DNA from: Geosiphon pyriformis uo1 | Lineage: Eukaryota; Fungi; Glomeromycota | Direction of reading: 5' to 3' | Assembly: GCA_016748015.1 (NCBI GenBank) | Contig: JAAOMT010000671.1 | Span: forward strand, 125,665-189,664 | DNA: 64,000 nucleotides | Part shown: positions 12,884 to 25,200 of the stretch, piece after piece | How positions within the stretch are numbered: position 1 is the stretch's first letter | Layout of the letters: the number at the start of each line of letters is the position of its first letter | Position numbers and translations under genes: made by a program | The notes under the pieces: model-generated | What the model saw: the letters and a program-made list of their open reading frames with translations, nothing else | Database searches by the model: none | What the model was told of the DNA's origin: nothing

Positions 12884-15800
12884 GTGGCGACCACACCAGA
12901 CACAGCAACTCTAGAGTATTACCAGTCAATTTATACACACTGCAAGCAAAGATTCAACATTCCAGACGGAATTGAAGTTGTCAAGAAATCAGTATACCAA
13001 TACATTGAAAACCACATCAACAATTATCTTTTTAGAAACTACAACATTTCAAAAGTTAGAAGCAACCTCTACAATAATTTAGTGCACTATTCACAATTGG
13101 AAACAGAAGACCTGAACAGTGAAACACTTGCTACTTACTTCCAAGAACTTAATTTTAACATTATTGAGTATTGTAAAGAAAAATACCCAGTACAGTTTAA
13201 ATACTCTTTTGACTTTGAATCAGAGACAGAAACAAGCAACAAAAGCAAACAAAAATTGAAGCAATACTCAAAAACCACCCCAAATACTTCAATACTACCA
13301 AAAACAACTGCCAAACACTTACAAACACCTGAACAAGGAACCAGTTCAAAACTCCCACTCACTATTACATCTTTTCCAGCTTCACTTGCATAAGCAGAAA
13401 CTCCTAATTCACCTTTAAATCAATTTTCAAAACTAGAAGATTATACATCACCCAGAAGTCCCACCAAACAACAAGAAACCCTTCAGACTAGTACCAATCT
13501 TCTTGACTATTTAGCAGAAAACACAAGCAAACACTCTGAAACATTAGCCAATGAAGTAAACGTTTCTGAATTCATTGAAGAAGAAGTAGAATCCAAAGAA
13601 AAAAGTGAATTAACAGATAACAAGAAAAAAGATGAAATAACAGCTTATATTGCAAAAATTCCCGAATTTAATGAAGAAGATATTGAGATCAGTCCCCAAG
13701 AATGGCTCAACCAAGTTACTAAAGCTGGAGATGCAAATGGATGGAATGCTGCCAGAATGTTAAGAACAATTTCCTACTTTCTCAAAAAAACAGCAGGTGA
13801 ATGGTTTGAAAACTTGATCACTCCTTTTAATGACTGGACAGCTTTCAAAACAGCTTTCTTAGAACAATTCACTAATAACAACACCTCCATTACTCTTCGA
13901 AATTGTTTTCACAATATTAAACAAGAATCCTCTGAATCTGTCATGACTTATATTGGGAAATTCAACAAACTTCTCAGACAAATTTGCCAACTTGAAACTA
14001 ATGATTATTATTCTGATGCTCAAATCTTGGATCAATTTATTGCTGGTCTAAAAGATAAACTGATTAAAAAGATTTGCCCACATGTCCCAAAAGATTTAAA
14101 CTCTGCCATACAGCATGCAAAGAGATACGAAATGACCATAGAAGAGACCAATTACACAAAACTTATAAACTTGGTCATTGGAGAAACTAGCTTAGCAGTT
14201 GAGGAGAAAATCGACCAACTCATGAAGAAAGTTGAAAACTATTTTACCAATCAACAACAACAGCAACTCCAAAGATATCAACCACCCCAAAGACAAAATC
14301 AAAATAACTTCACATTACCCTCTAATAACCAGTCTCAGAATTGCCATTACTGTTGAATTTCTGGCCACTGGAAAAGAGATTGCAAAAAGCTACAACAAGA
14401 CCAACAAAATAGGAGTAATCAATGTTATCCTTTACCACAGCAATCTTATTATCAACCACCACTACCAGCTTACTATTTACCAAGACCCCAATACCAAAAT
14501 AACTATTATTAGCCCACCCCACAGCCAATTCAACAGCAATACCAACAACCACCCACACAATATTATCAAGTACCTGCTTGAAGATTGATTACACAAAATC
14601 AATTCATACCACAAAACCAATACCAAGTAAACAACAATAGAATCAGTTCAAACAACCAATTGATTCCCTGAAATTCTACTCAACCAAGACCCAACCACTA
14701 TTACACTCAACCCAGTTATTTAACAATGCCAGAAGAACAGGATTTTTACCATACTGCACTCTCAAAAGGTAGAGCTGCAGCACGACAACAAAACTCTTTC
14801 TATACTCCTACCACAATTCCACCAGCCAGAATTGCTAAAAATGCCAACCTTTCAGATATATTCTTTTTTGAGTTTGAAGCAAATAAGTCACCATTCCTGC
14901 TCAGCAATGCAGCCGCCAATGAACAAAAAACAATCATTGCTATGTACACTGAAGCAGAAGTCGAAGAAAAGGCAATTCACTTGATCCTAGACAGTGGATC
15001 TACTAGAAGCATCATCACCTACCAGTTGATGCAACAGTTAAAGAGAAATGTTGACCGACCAGCTCAAACAGTAATTGTTACTGCTAATGACATGAAAAAG
15101 ACTCCTGTAGGAGAAATTGACAATTTTCTGTTTACTCTTGATAAAATCACCATTCCAGTCAAAGTTTTTATAATAGACGCACCCCAGTATCAAGCCCTTG
15201 TCAGAAATAATTGGCTTCAAAAAGCCAATGCAAAATTAGACTGGGAAACCCAAGAATTACAACTCTCCTATCAAGGACAACATGCCCAAGTACCCGCTAC
15301 TTGTGATATATTCAACAAATGATCAGAGAAAGCCCCTGTCTTCAAATTTGAAGAGGAGGAAGAAAAGCCTGTAGTCGAAACATTTATGGCCCTTGAATCA
15401 ATATCTAACTGGGCTGAAGAAACTGAGCAAACATATTTTGCAACAAAATCATATTCAGAGGAACCAGAAACCCCTGAATGGAACATTCCATATTCTAAAC
15501 CAGAACCAAAGAAACGACACCCTTACATTCCACTCAAATGCAAGGACTGCCACAAGAAACTCTCCTCAATGGAAGCCTGCATTTTATCTGAAGAAGAATA
15601 TGAAAATCATACTTGTTATTACTGCAAAGCTTGCCACAGAGAACAATGGGGCCATCTAATAAAAAGAAGTGGAAAATAGGACAACACTCCTTGTTTGACT
15701 TGTGGAGATACGCTACCAGAAGAATGCAATTGGATTGATGTAGCAATGAGAGGAGGAGTCTGCAATCAAACCTGCCAATATGCTTTATCAATTTCAGAAA

Positions 15801-18531
15801 AAGTCAAAAAGAAACACCCTTTGATGTAGCATACAACAGTGCTCTCAACAAACTCTATCACTACCTCCATAATGCTAAAATGATTTTTGACCTAGCAATG
15901 GCATTGGTTAATAGAGCTACCAAAGAAGATGTTCATCAAATGAAAGAAGCTGAATATATCGAATATACCTTGGAATTAGCTAGATATGATTATAAAGATG
16001 AAGTAGAAGTGTACCATCAAATCACAAGTCACACCTACCTGACTAAAGAAGTTCAAGCTTAACGGTTAAAGCAAATGAACATTAAATTGTGTAAAAAATG
16101 CATAATGCCTTGTGATAAACAATGGTGCCCTGAATGCTATGCTTTTAGCATTCTCCTGCTCAGTGAAAACAATAAAAACGAAATTGAATTTGAAGAACCT
16201 AAAGCAACAGAAAAAATTGAAATAACACCCATCTATCTCATTGAAAATTAGTCTGCCTTACAACTCAAATACTTCAACAATAACGGACAAGGAATAAAAC
16301 CTAAAAAAGTACATGAAATTAATGCTGGATATGACCTAAAATATCCAAACAAGGATACTCTTGTTCTCAAACCCAAATTTCTCACAAAAATCAACCTCAA
16401 AATTGCTCTCAAAATCCTGCCAGGAGCAATGGTTCAAATCACCTCCCAGTCCTCTCTGGCAAGCAAAGAAATCAATATCAAAGGAGGAATAATCGATGCT
16501 GGATATATTGGTGATATAACAGTAATATTCCAAAACAAAACTGACAAGCCGTTTAAGATTGAACATGCTGAGAAAATTGTCCAAGCCATTTATTTATCCT
16601 TAATCAACATTTTGGGTTTACAATTAGTCAATCAAAGAGAACAATTGAGAAAAAGTGAAAAAGGAACTCAAGGTTTTGGTTCAACTGAACGATTCACAGT
16701 TCCAGTAAACATAGCTCTTAATAAACAAAATAAGTCTCACCAGATTTTACATCTTTTCCAACTAATCACTATTTCACCTTTCAGAGAACACCCCGAAATC
16801 TATATCTGCCCAAAGCCAACAACCACCCAACAAATTTTTGAGTCCAATGAACGAATCTGCTTGGAACATAATATCTCGATCTCAAACATTTATATTCCAG
16901 AAGAAACAAAGAAAGTCCAAGTTATTTTTTACAATCCCAACAATTATCCCATAGTTTTATTAAATAACTTAGAAATTAGAATCATTTACAGTAACATTTT
17001 TCAACAAGAATTACCCCAAACAGTCCCCGATTTCTCTGAAATTATTGGACATTCACTACCAAAAATCAACCCAAACCCCAGCTCTGAAAACTACCATGTT
17101 GTCATCGAAAAACTATCTCAAATCAACATAGGACAACTTGAACCACAACAACAAAACCAGCTTAAAGAGCTAATTGCAGAATTTGCTGATATCTTTGCCA
17201 AAAACAACAATGACTTAGGAAGAACCAATTTGGTTCAACATCAAATCTACACAGGAGATGCCAAACCAAGACGACAGTAAGCCTACTGAGTTGCTCCAGA
17301 AAGTTACCAATTTATCCATGAAAAAGTACAATGGATGCTCAACAATGGACTTATTTAACCATCAATGAGTCCATGAGCCTCACCTGTGGTCTTAGTTAAA
17401 AAGAAAAATGGAAAGATACAATTTTGTGTTGATTATCGACAACTCAACAGCATCATCATTGGAAATGCCTACCCTCTTTCCTGAATTGATAACATGCTAG
17501 ATGCTCTTGGGAAGTCCAAATACTTTTCAACATTAGATTTAGAAAGTGAATACTGGCAAGTTGCCATGGATCCCAAAGATTACCCCAAAACAGCATTCAC
17601 CACTCAAGGAGGAAATTACGAGTTCAATGTAATGCTTTTTGGATTATGCAATACACCAGCAACATTCCAAAGACTTATGGATGTTGTTTACAAAGACTTC
17701 CTTTGGAAATCAGTAGTTGTCTATCTCGATAATACTGATGTTTACTCACCATCTTTTGAATTACACTTAAAACACTTGTGAGAAGTCTTTCAATGATTAC
17801 AGAAAGCAGGATTGAAACTGAACATTGAAAAATGCTACTTTGGAAAAACGAGTTTGGCTTTTCTTGGTCACATTGTTAGTAAAGATAGAATCAAACCAGA
17901 CTCTGGAAAAATTAGTGCTGTCAAAAACTTCAAAACTCTTCAAAACACTACAGAACTAAGAGGATTCATAGGGTTAGCTTCCTACTATTGGAAGTTTATC
18001 AAAGAATTCTCAGAAATTGCAAAACCTCTCAACCAGCTTACTACCAAAAACATCGAATACAAATGGACTGCTGAACACCAAAATGCATTTGAAATCCTCA
18101 AAGAAAAATTAATCACAGCTCCAATTCTTGCCTATCCAGATTTTAGCAACCAATTCCAGTTAGCAACAGATGCCTTTTATACTGTCTTTGGTGCCATCCT
18201 ATCACAGTTAGATGACAATAGAAATGAGCAAATAATTGCTTATGCTAGCAGAACATTGAAACCAGCTGAAAAGAACTACCCTGCAACAGAATTAGAAACT
18301 GCAGCAGTAATCTGGGCCCTATATCACTTCAACCTTTACCTCAAACCCAAAGAATTTGATATTATCACTGATAATATTGGACTCAAATGGCTTCAAAAAA
18401 AAAACACTCAGCTGAATGCCAAACAAACCCAATGGACAGGATTTTTAGCCAACTACCAATACATTGTACATCACAAACCAGGAAAACTCCACACTAATAT
18501 TGATTGTCTCTCAAGAATGAGGCAAGATTAG
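12884..18531 (+). pseudogene. gag-PR-Cys-rich-dUTPase-RT-RNase H polyprotein of D
   Basis: Retrotrans_gag-like (13757-14356), CCHC, LILDSGS, CxxC repeats (15386-16140), dUTPase AGYDL/GGIIDAGYIG/GFGST (~16290-16690), RT (17494), RNase H (17812-18531). Confidence 0.92.
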
Positions 18532-18577
18532 AACATAAAAACAACATCCATTTGAATTAACAACAAAACAACAAACA

Positions 18578-19961
18578 ATGAACCCCGAAAACTACAACAA
18601 TCTTAAACAATATTGAAAACATTAACAATCTCAACAGATTGGTCCTCAGATAAAAAACATCAGTTACAACAACAAGCCAAACAATACTTCTTACACAACA
18701 ACATAATTTATTATTAAAACTTCAGAAACCCAGACAATCCACTCAGATTAATACAAAAACATGAAAAAGAAACTATTTTATATAATATGTACTCAGACTC
18801 TTCATTAGCACACCTAAGAAAAAACAGCACCACCCAGAAAACACTAGAATATTATTTTTGGTCTCAAATGAGAAAAGACATTTATGAATATGTTAAGTCT
18901 TGTGATAGTTGTCAAAGAAGAGAAAGAACTCACTCTACAGAACCTTTAAATCCAATCAAAGTTGGACAGCTTTTTGACCAAGTTGGTATTAACTTAATCA
19001 GACCACTCTCTATTACAAACCAAAGAAACTGTCATATTGTAGTAGCTGTAAACTATCTCACCAAATGGCCTGAAGCCAGAGCCATTCAACGAGCAGATGC
19101 AAAATCAGTAGCAAACTTTATCTACGAAGACATTATTTGTAGACATAGATGCCCAATAGAACTTTTATCTGATCAAGAAACAAATTTCGTGAACAATTTA
19201 ATCCAAGAAATTTGTGGACAATTTAATGTCAAAAGACCATTATCTTTATCCTACCATCCACAAACAAATGGACTTGTAGAATGTTTCAACAGAACATTAT
19301 GTAAATCATTAGCCAAAGTCTCAACCGATTTTGAGCAAGAATGAGATCTCTTTATTCCATCAGTGTTACTAGCATATAGAACACTAAAACAAGATATCAC
19401 AAAACACACACTATTTGATTTAACCCATGGAAGGACAGCAACATTACCAATTAGTTTCACAATGGAAACATACTCAGTACAACCAATTAATAAAGACAAC
19501 TTTCAGGAAACACTACAATGAAGAGCCTACACTTTGCTTAGCACGTTGGAAGGAAAATGATGAATAACAGCCACCCATATTAAACACTCCCAAGCTCAAC
19601 AAAAAAAATGGCATGACGACAAATTGCCTCCAGTTACCAATGAATTTAAAATCAGAAACAAAGTTCTCTTACACAGAACTAAAGCTGAAAAACAATGGAG
19701 TGGAAAATTTGAAAATAAATGGGATGGACCATTCTTTATCCATGAAGTCCTAGACAACGGATTATATAAGCTAAGACTTAATGACAAAATCTTAGTAAAA
19801 GTTGCACATGCAAATCATTTGAAACACTATAATTCCAGAAACAATTCTGAACCATTAATTCCACAAATTGGTATACATTCCCCTTTAATTAATCACGAAG
19901 ATATTTCTTGAAATTTAGAACCAATAGTTGTCATTGAACAACTTCCCAACTTGAACACTTA
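18578..19961 (+). pseudogene. Integrase of D with GPY/F domain, no chromodomain
   Basis: MNPENYNNLKQY start, CDSC, KWPEA, YHPQTNGLVE, KWDGPF. Confidence 0.88.
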
Positions 19962-20126
19962 ATTTAAATTTATTATTATAGTTATCTCCTTATAATTTAG
20001 AAACAATCTCACAAAAACAAAACAAAAATAACATAAAAACCCATACACCAAAAATAATTTTTTTTTATTTTCAAATCTCTTATAAGGACTATTCCTCAAA
20101 ACATTCAACAATTATCCCAAAAACTA

Positions 20127-20760
20127 ATGTTAGCTTTAAAAACAATACCCAAATTATCTATTACTGTTACTGGAAACCACATTAATTATACCCAAACAGA
20201 AGTAGTTACAAATTTAGCCCCAAATGCACGAAAATATCACCCGTATAAAAAGAACACAAGAAGTTATTCTGGAATTTACCTGCCAGAACTTTTAAAGCTT
20301 GGTTTAAGAGAAAACTTAATGCTCACTCCTATTAGTATTCTACCAAATGCTACTATTTAATAAAAACTTCAACTGTGTCTTAATGAAAAAAACTACGATT
20401 ATACTCCAATATATAGATATTTCTATATTGAAAAAACATTTCACAAACAAAAATGAGAGCTTACAACAGCAAACCTCACAAAAGAAGCTATTTGGAAACA
20501 ACTCCACAATGAATTCAAGACAACAGCTGGACCTACAAACAGTCATTATAAACTAAGAGCTGCTCTTAGACTTTATGACCTATTCTACACCTGTGAAAAC
20601 GTTCTACAAAACCCAATTTTACAGCCTTTGAAGATTCAATACATTGGAAAGCTCACAAAACTGAAATTTCAACAATTTTCAGACCAAATTTCTTCAATAA
20701 TTTTGGATTATTATCTGGAAATTACAGACAGTACTTAGACTTTGATGGAGCTCAATCTTG
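20127..20760 (+). pseudogene. ORF3 of D
   Basis: Single frame from ATG 20127 with 3 internal stops: RKYHPY...IYRYFYI...KLRAALRLYDLF...IGKLTKLKF. Confidence 0.7.
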
Positions 20761-20772
20761 AGAAGGAGGTTA

Positions 20773-21756
20773 TATTACTAGACGAAATTAGAGATATTAT
20801 TTAGCATGAAATTATCTTTATAATTCTTATCATTAATTAGCATATATTATCATTTTAAATTATCACTTATTACATTAGCAAAATGTCTGAAATTATCATT
20901 TAATTAATAACCCAATTTGTATATAACACAAATGTAACCTAATTGCAATAATCAATTATGCAATACCCCAAAATATGTAACATTCAAAAGTTCGCCAAAA
21001 TTTGTAGAAATTTGCCAAAATAATTGATAGTTCACCGAAATATCTAATAGTTCGCAGAAATAACTTGTAGTTCGCTGAAATATATCTTTAGTTCAGCGAA
21101 ATTGTAGAAAAGAGCAAAGTTCAAGTTCATAAAATAGTGTTACAACAAGTTGTATAAAAAAAGAGCTTCTCTCTTCAAGAAAATGTATCTTGCTTCAGAT
21201 TTAACAATTAGAATTATTTTTTATACACAAAAACGAAATAAATATCAAATAATTTGAAAAATTAAATCCTTAATTATTTTCCCTTTTGAAATTAACCAAT
21301 TCCTACTAAACAGTTTTGAAATTGATTAGCTACCAATTTCAATAAACTGTTAGTGACTCCAGGCCTGGATAGAAAACGTTTCTCTTAACAGAATTCTATT
21401 TCTTTTACATTTTTTTTATTTTCTTTCTTTTATTTTCTTATTATAATCATTAGAGTAGCCTATAGACAAGATTCCTGTAGAAGAGTTGATTTTCACAGCA
21501 AAGTAACTACACATTTTTAGTGAGCTTCCAGACGAGCAATTCCTGGGAAAAAGTTGATGTTTACTACAATGTAACTACACAAAGCAACTGGCACAGAATT
21601 GGCCATTCCACTTATAAGCCCAGCAGTTCAAATTATAGGAAATAATTTAAAGATAAATTCAGTTACTGGAGGTTCAACTACTTTCTAGAAACGTGAATTC
21701 ACAGCAAATCAATATCAACAACATTCAAGAAAAGAGACCAAAAACCTCCAGTAACA
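20773..21756 (+). repeat. 3' LTR of D
   Basis: Matches 11856-12838; preceded by PPT. Confidence 0.95.
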
Positions 21757-22265
21757 ATGGCTATTGACGAGATATCAACTTTTATTGCCTTGACTCATTT
21801 CCTTATTTTCTTTTATTTTTTTTATTTTTTTTATTTTTATTTTTATTTCTTTGTTGTGTACTAATTAATTAAAAGATTAAAGCACTGAGTTATTAATGTT
21901 AAGAATAAGCCTGATAAAAGACCCCAAAGGAAGGATATAGCATTGAGAATTTCAGAATAGCTTACTAGAAAAGCATCTCTGCCAAATTACTGGCCATTAT
22001 GCTGAAAAAAAAATTCAATGTAATTGTGATTCTAAAAGACTACTGAGAAGACAACAAATAAATCTCTATCCATTATACAAAGACTTAACAAACAAAAATC
22101 TTTAGATATAAACAATCTTTGGAAATCAACATTATCATATTCATTGAGCACCAAGTTACAGATTTGTTATTTGATTTGAGACTTCAAATAATCATCTGTA
22201 ATATTTGGTGCTCCTTGTGAGGTATAATCTTACAGAGAACCAGCACCAACAACAATCATCCAAAA

Positions 22266-25200
22266 GTGGCAGAATCAGAAATTATAAGAGCAAACTATTT
22301 AGGATTCACCAAATCTTTGTTTTAACAATACAGTCAACAGTTAGGATTAAACAACAACCATTTTCCAGCAGAATCAGCCTTCAACTTTTATGTTAATAAT
22401 AAAATCACAGACTGCTTAGGAGGAACAGTTAACATTGAATCTACAAGAGAAAATTTTTATACAGAATTGTTTCAACATACCAGCTTACCAAGAAATTACA
22501 GTTTTGTACCAAGCATTAAAGAAATCAATCAAACTATTAAAAAATACACCCAACAACAATTCCTCATCACTTATGCAGACAAAAACAAAAGAAGATTGCA
22601 AACACCAGTGGTAACACCCAAAAAAATACAACCACCCACTTGGAAGAAAACCAAAGTTGAATTACTAACCAATCCATCATACTATTATACACCAGGAAGT
22701 GCCATCAATATCTCTTCAGCAGACATGTCCACATCAAATATAACATCAATTTTTGGACAATTCCTATTTCAAAGTAAACAAAAAAGAGCAGAGTTATTAG
22801 GACCATATGGTGAATATTTTAAAGGATTTAAATCGTAATTACCAATGCTATCAGAATTTTGATTACCACCATCTTAACCAGATTTTGGAACTGTGAGTTT
22901 GTGGAAAGTAACTAAATCAGAAGAAAAAAAAAGTGAGAATCAGGAATTTACCTACCAAAACCCAATCCTAAAAAGTCCAGAAGTTAAAACTCCAAACATT
23001 CAAATACAGCAAACTCAAAACAATCCAAACTCTGAAGCAATTAATTAGCAAAACTTACCTCTAGTAATCATCATCAATTAGCCACCAATTGAACTAATTA
23101 TTGAACTGATTCAACAACAGCCACTTTAGCAATCTATTCAACAACTGCTTTAACCACCTTAACAATCACAACAACTATTTCAACAGCTGCAACAACAACT
23201 TTAACCACTACCATCACAACAACAAATGGCATACACACCAATTGCAAAGCTGAAAAAGTTTTCTGGTGAAGAGGATAACACCCAAGCATGGATCAATAAT
23301 GTTGCCAAAGCCATTATCACTAATAACTGGAATGACACCAGGACAATGCAAGTCATCCCATATTTTCTTAAGAATACTGCTAACTCATGATATTATAGCT
23401 TAGTCCAGAAATTCCAAGATTTTGATGCATTCAAATTAAAATTTCTAAGATACTTTAGTAATAATAATAGCATCAACTGTCTGGCAAGTATTTTTACCAC
23501 CATAAAGCAAGAGGACACAGAAGCAATCACTACTTATCTAGGATGCTTCCATAGAAATTTGCACTAAATTTAGGCAATCTAAGCTGATTATTTTACAGCA
23601 CTACAAATTTTAAATCAATTCATCAGAGGCCTATACAGTAGTATCCTTCAATGCATATGTCCATTGCATCCAGCAGACCTTCAAATCACCATTACAAATG
23701 CCAGAGATTTTGAAGCCACTAAATTAAAAGCCAACCACATCCAAGCCATAAACCTAGTGATAAATGGATCATCTGACTTGGATTCTAAGTTGAAGCAATT
23801 CAGCAACTCAATCAAACAGAAATTCAAAGAATACTTAGCTAATATCAATTAGGTAATTTATTAATCTCTACAATGATACAACAATTAGGGAAACTCAAAT
23901 CATTCCCAAAATTAACCACATCTATTATTGTTGACCAATCAATTATGACAACAAGAAACACATGTTTGCCACTATTGTGGTAAACAAAGACATCTGCAAT
24001 TTGACTGTCAAAAAAGAATAAGTAACCAATGATCAGGAAATTACTATCAAAATCTTAATTGCCAGTTTCAAACTCCAGGTTATCAACCAAACTCAAAACT
24101 ATATCAACCGAACTACCTACCTATGACACAGCAGCAAATTTATCAAACACCAATTTACCAGCCTCTAGCACCTGTAATTTATCAACCAGCAACACCCATA
24201 ATCTATCAATTACCACAGCCTCAAATAATATATCAACTTCAACAAACTTCAATACTATTATTAAACTCAGCTCAAATGACATCAGAGAACCTTAGATCAA
24301 GGGTTACCCAAAACTGGAGATCAGTAATGGTTGTCCACCAACTGATCTTCAACTCTTTAAACCAGTTATTGGGATTATGCCAGCAGAATTCAAAAACTGA
24401 GTACACACAAAAACTGAGTTTTTAAAACTATTTAAGCCTTCTAGTAACTCCAAAAGATGTCTCATCTAGCAAAACAGAACCCAATCAAAATAAACCACTT
24501 ACCAGCAACATTTCACCAGCCATCATCATGGAAAACAAGTTACTCGCAGCTATATTTTCTTTTGAAATGGAAGAACTGTCAGAAATCTCTTTGTTCAGTG
24601 AAGCCATATTTGAAGAAAAACCCATCATAGCAATATACATTAATGCCAAAATTGATGGCCATTCCATCAAACTGATCTTAGATAGTGGATCAGCTAGCAG
24701 TATTATCACAAAACAACTCATGGACCAATTAAGTTACCAAGTTAATTGGGCTGCCAATGCAAGAATCATTATGGCGGATGGAATGACTAAAATTTCAATT
24801 GGCAAAATTGATGACTTTCCTATCAAAGTCAATGGTATTATAGTACCAATCAAGATACTAGTTATGGAAGCCACTCAATACCAAGCACTCATTGGTAATG
24901 ACTGGCTGTCCAAAACCAATGTGGTACTTGATTGAACTGCCCAAAAACTCCAGCTAAGCCAGAATGGCCAACATACGAGAGTACCAGCTTTCTGTGGCCA
25001 CTTTAAACCAACCACTATACAACCATTAATCAAACTAAAAGAAGAGGAAACTAAATCTACTTGGAAAGCTTATCAAGTTTCTTGGGCTGACAAGAATCAC
25101 AATGAACTGCTGCCAGTACTTTTATGGGATGACCAAAAAAAAAGAAAGAGAAGAGAAGAACTTACCTGGGACACCGACCAATTATCATGAGATAACAATA

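Larger units (their letters stand above)
11856..21756 (+). mobile_element. Full-length dUTPase-type Gypsy element D (9.9 kb) nested in the 5' LTR of E
   Basis: LTRs 11856-12838 and 20773-21756, perfect ATGG TSD, PBS TGGTGCTC at 12841, PPT GAGAAGGAGG at 20760. Confidence 0.96.

Noticed and set aside
19624-19961. Chromodomain at the integrase C-terminus
   Set aside because: Only a GPY/F-type domain and a short tail are present; there is no Y-x-V-K-W chromodomain signature.
20127-20760. ORF3 as an envelope gene
   Set aside because: Too short; no signal peptide, furin site, fusion peptide or transmembrane segment is visible.
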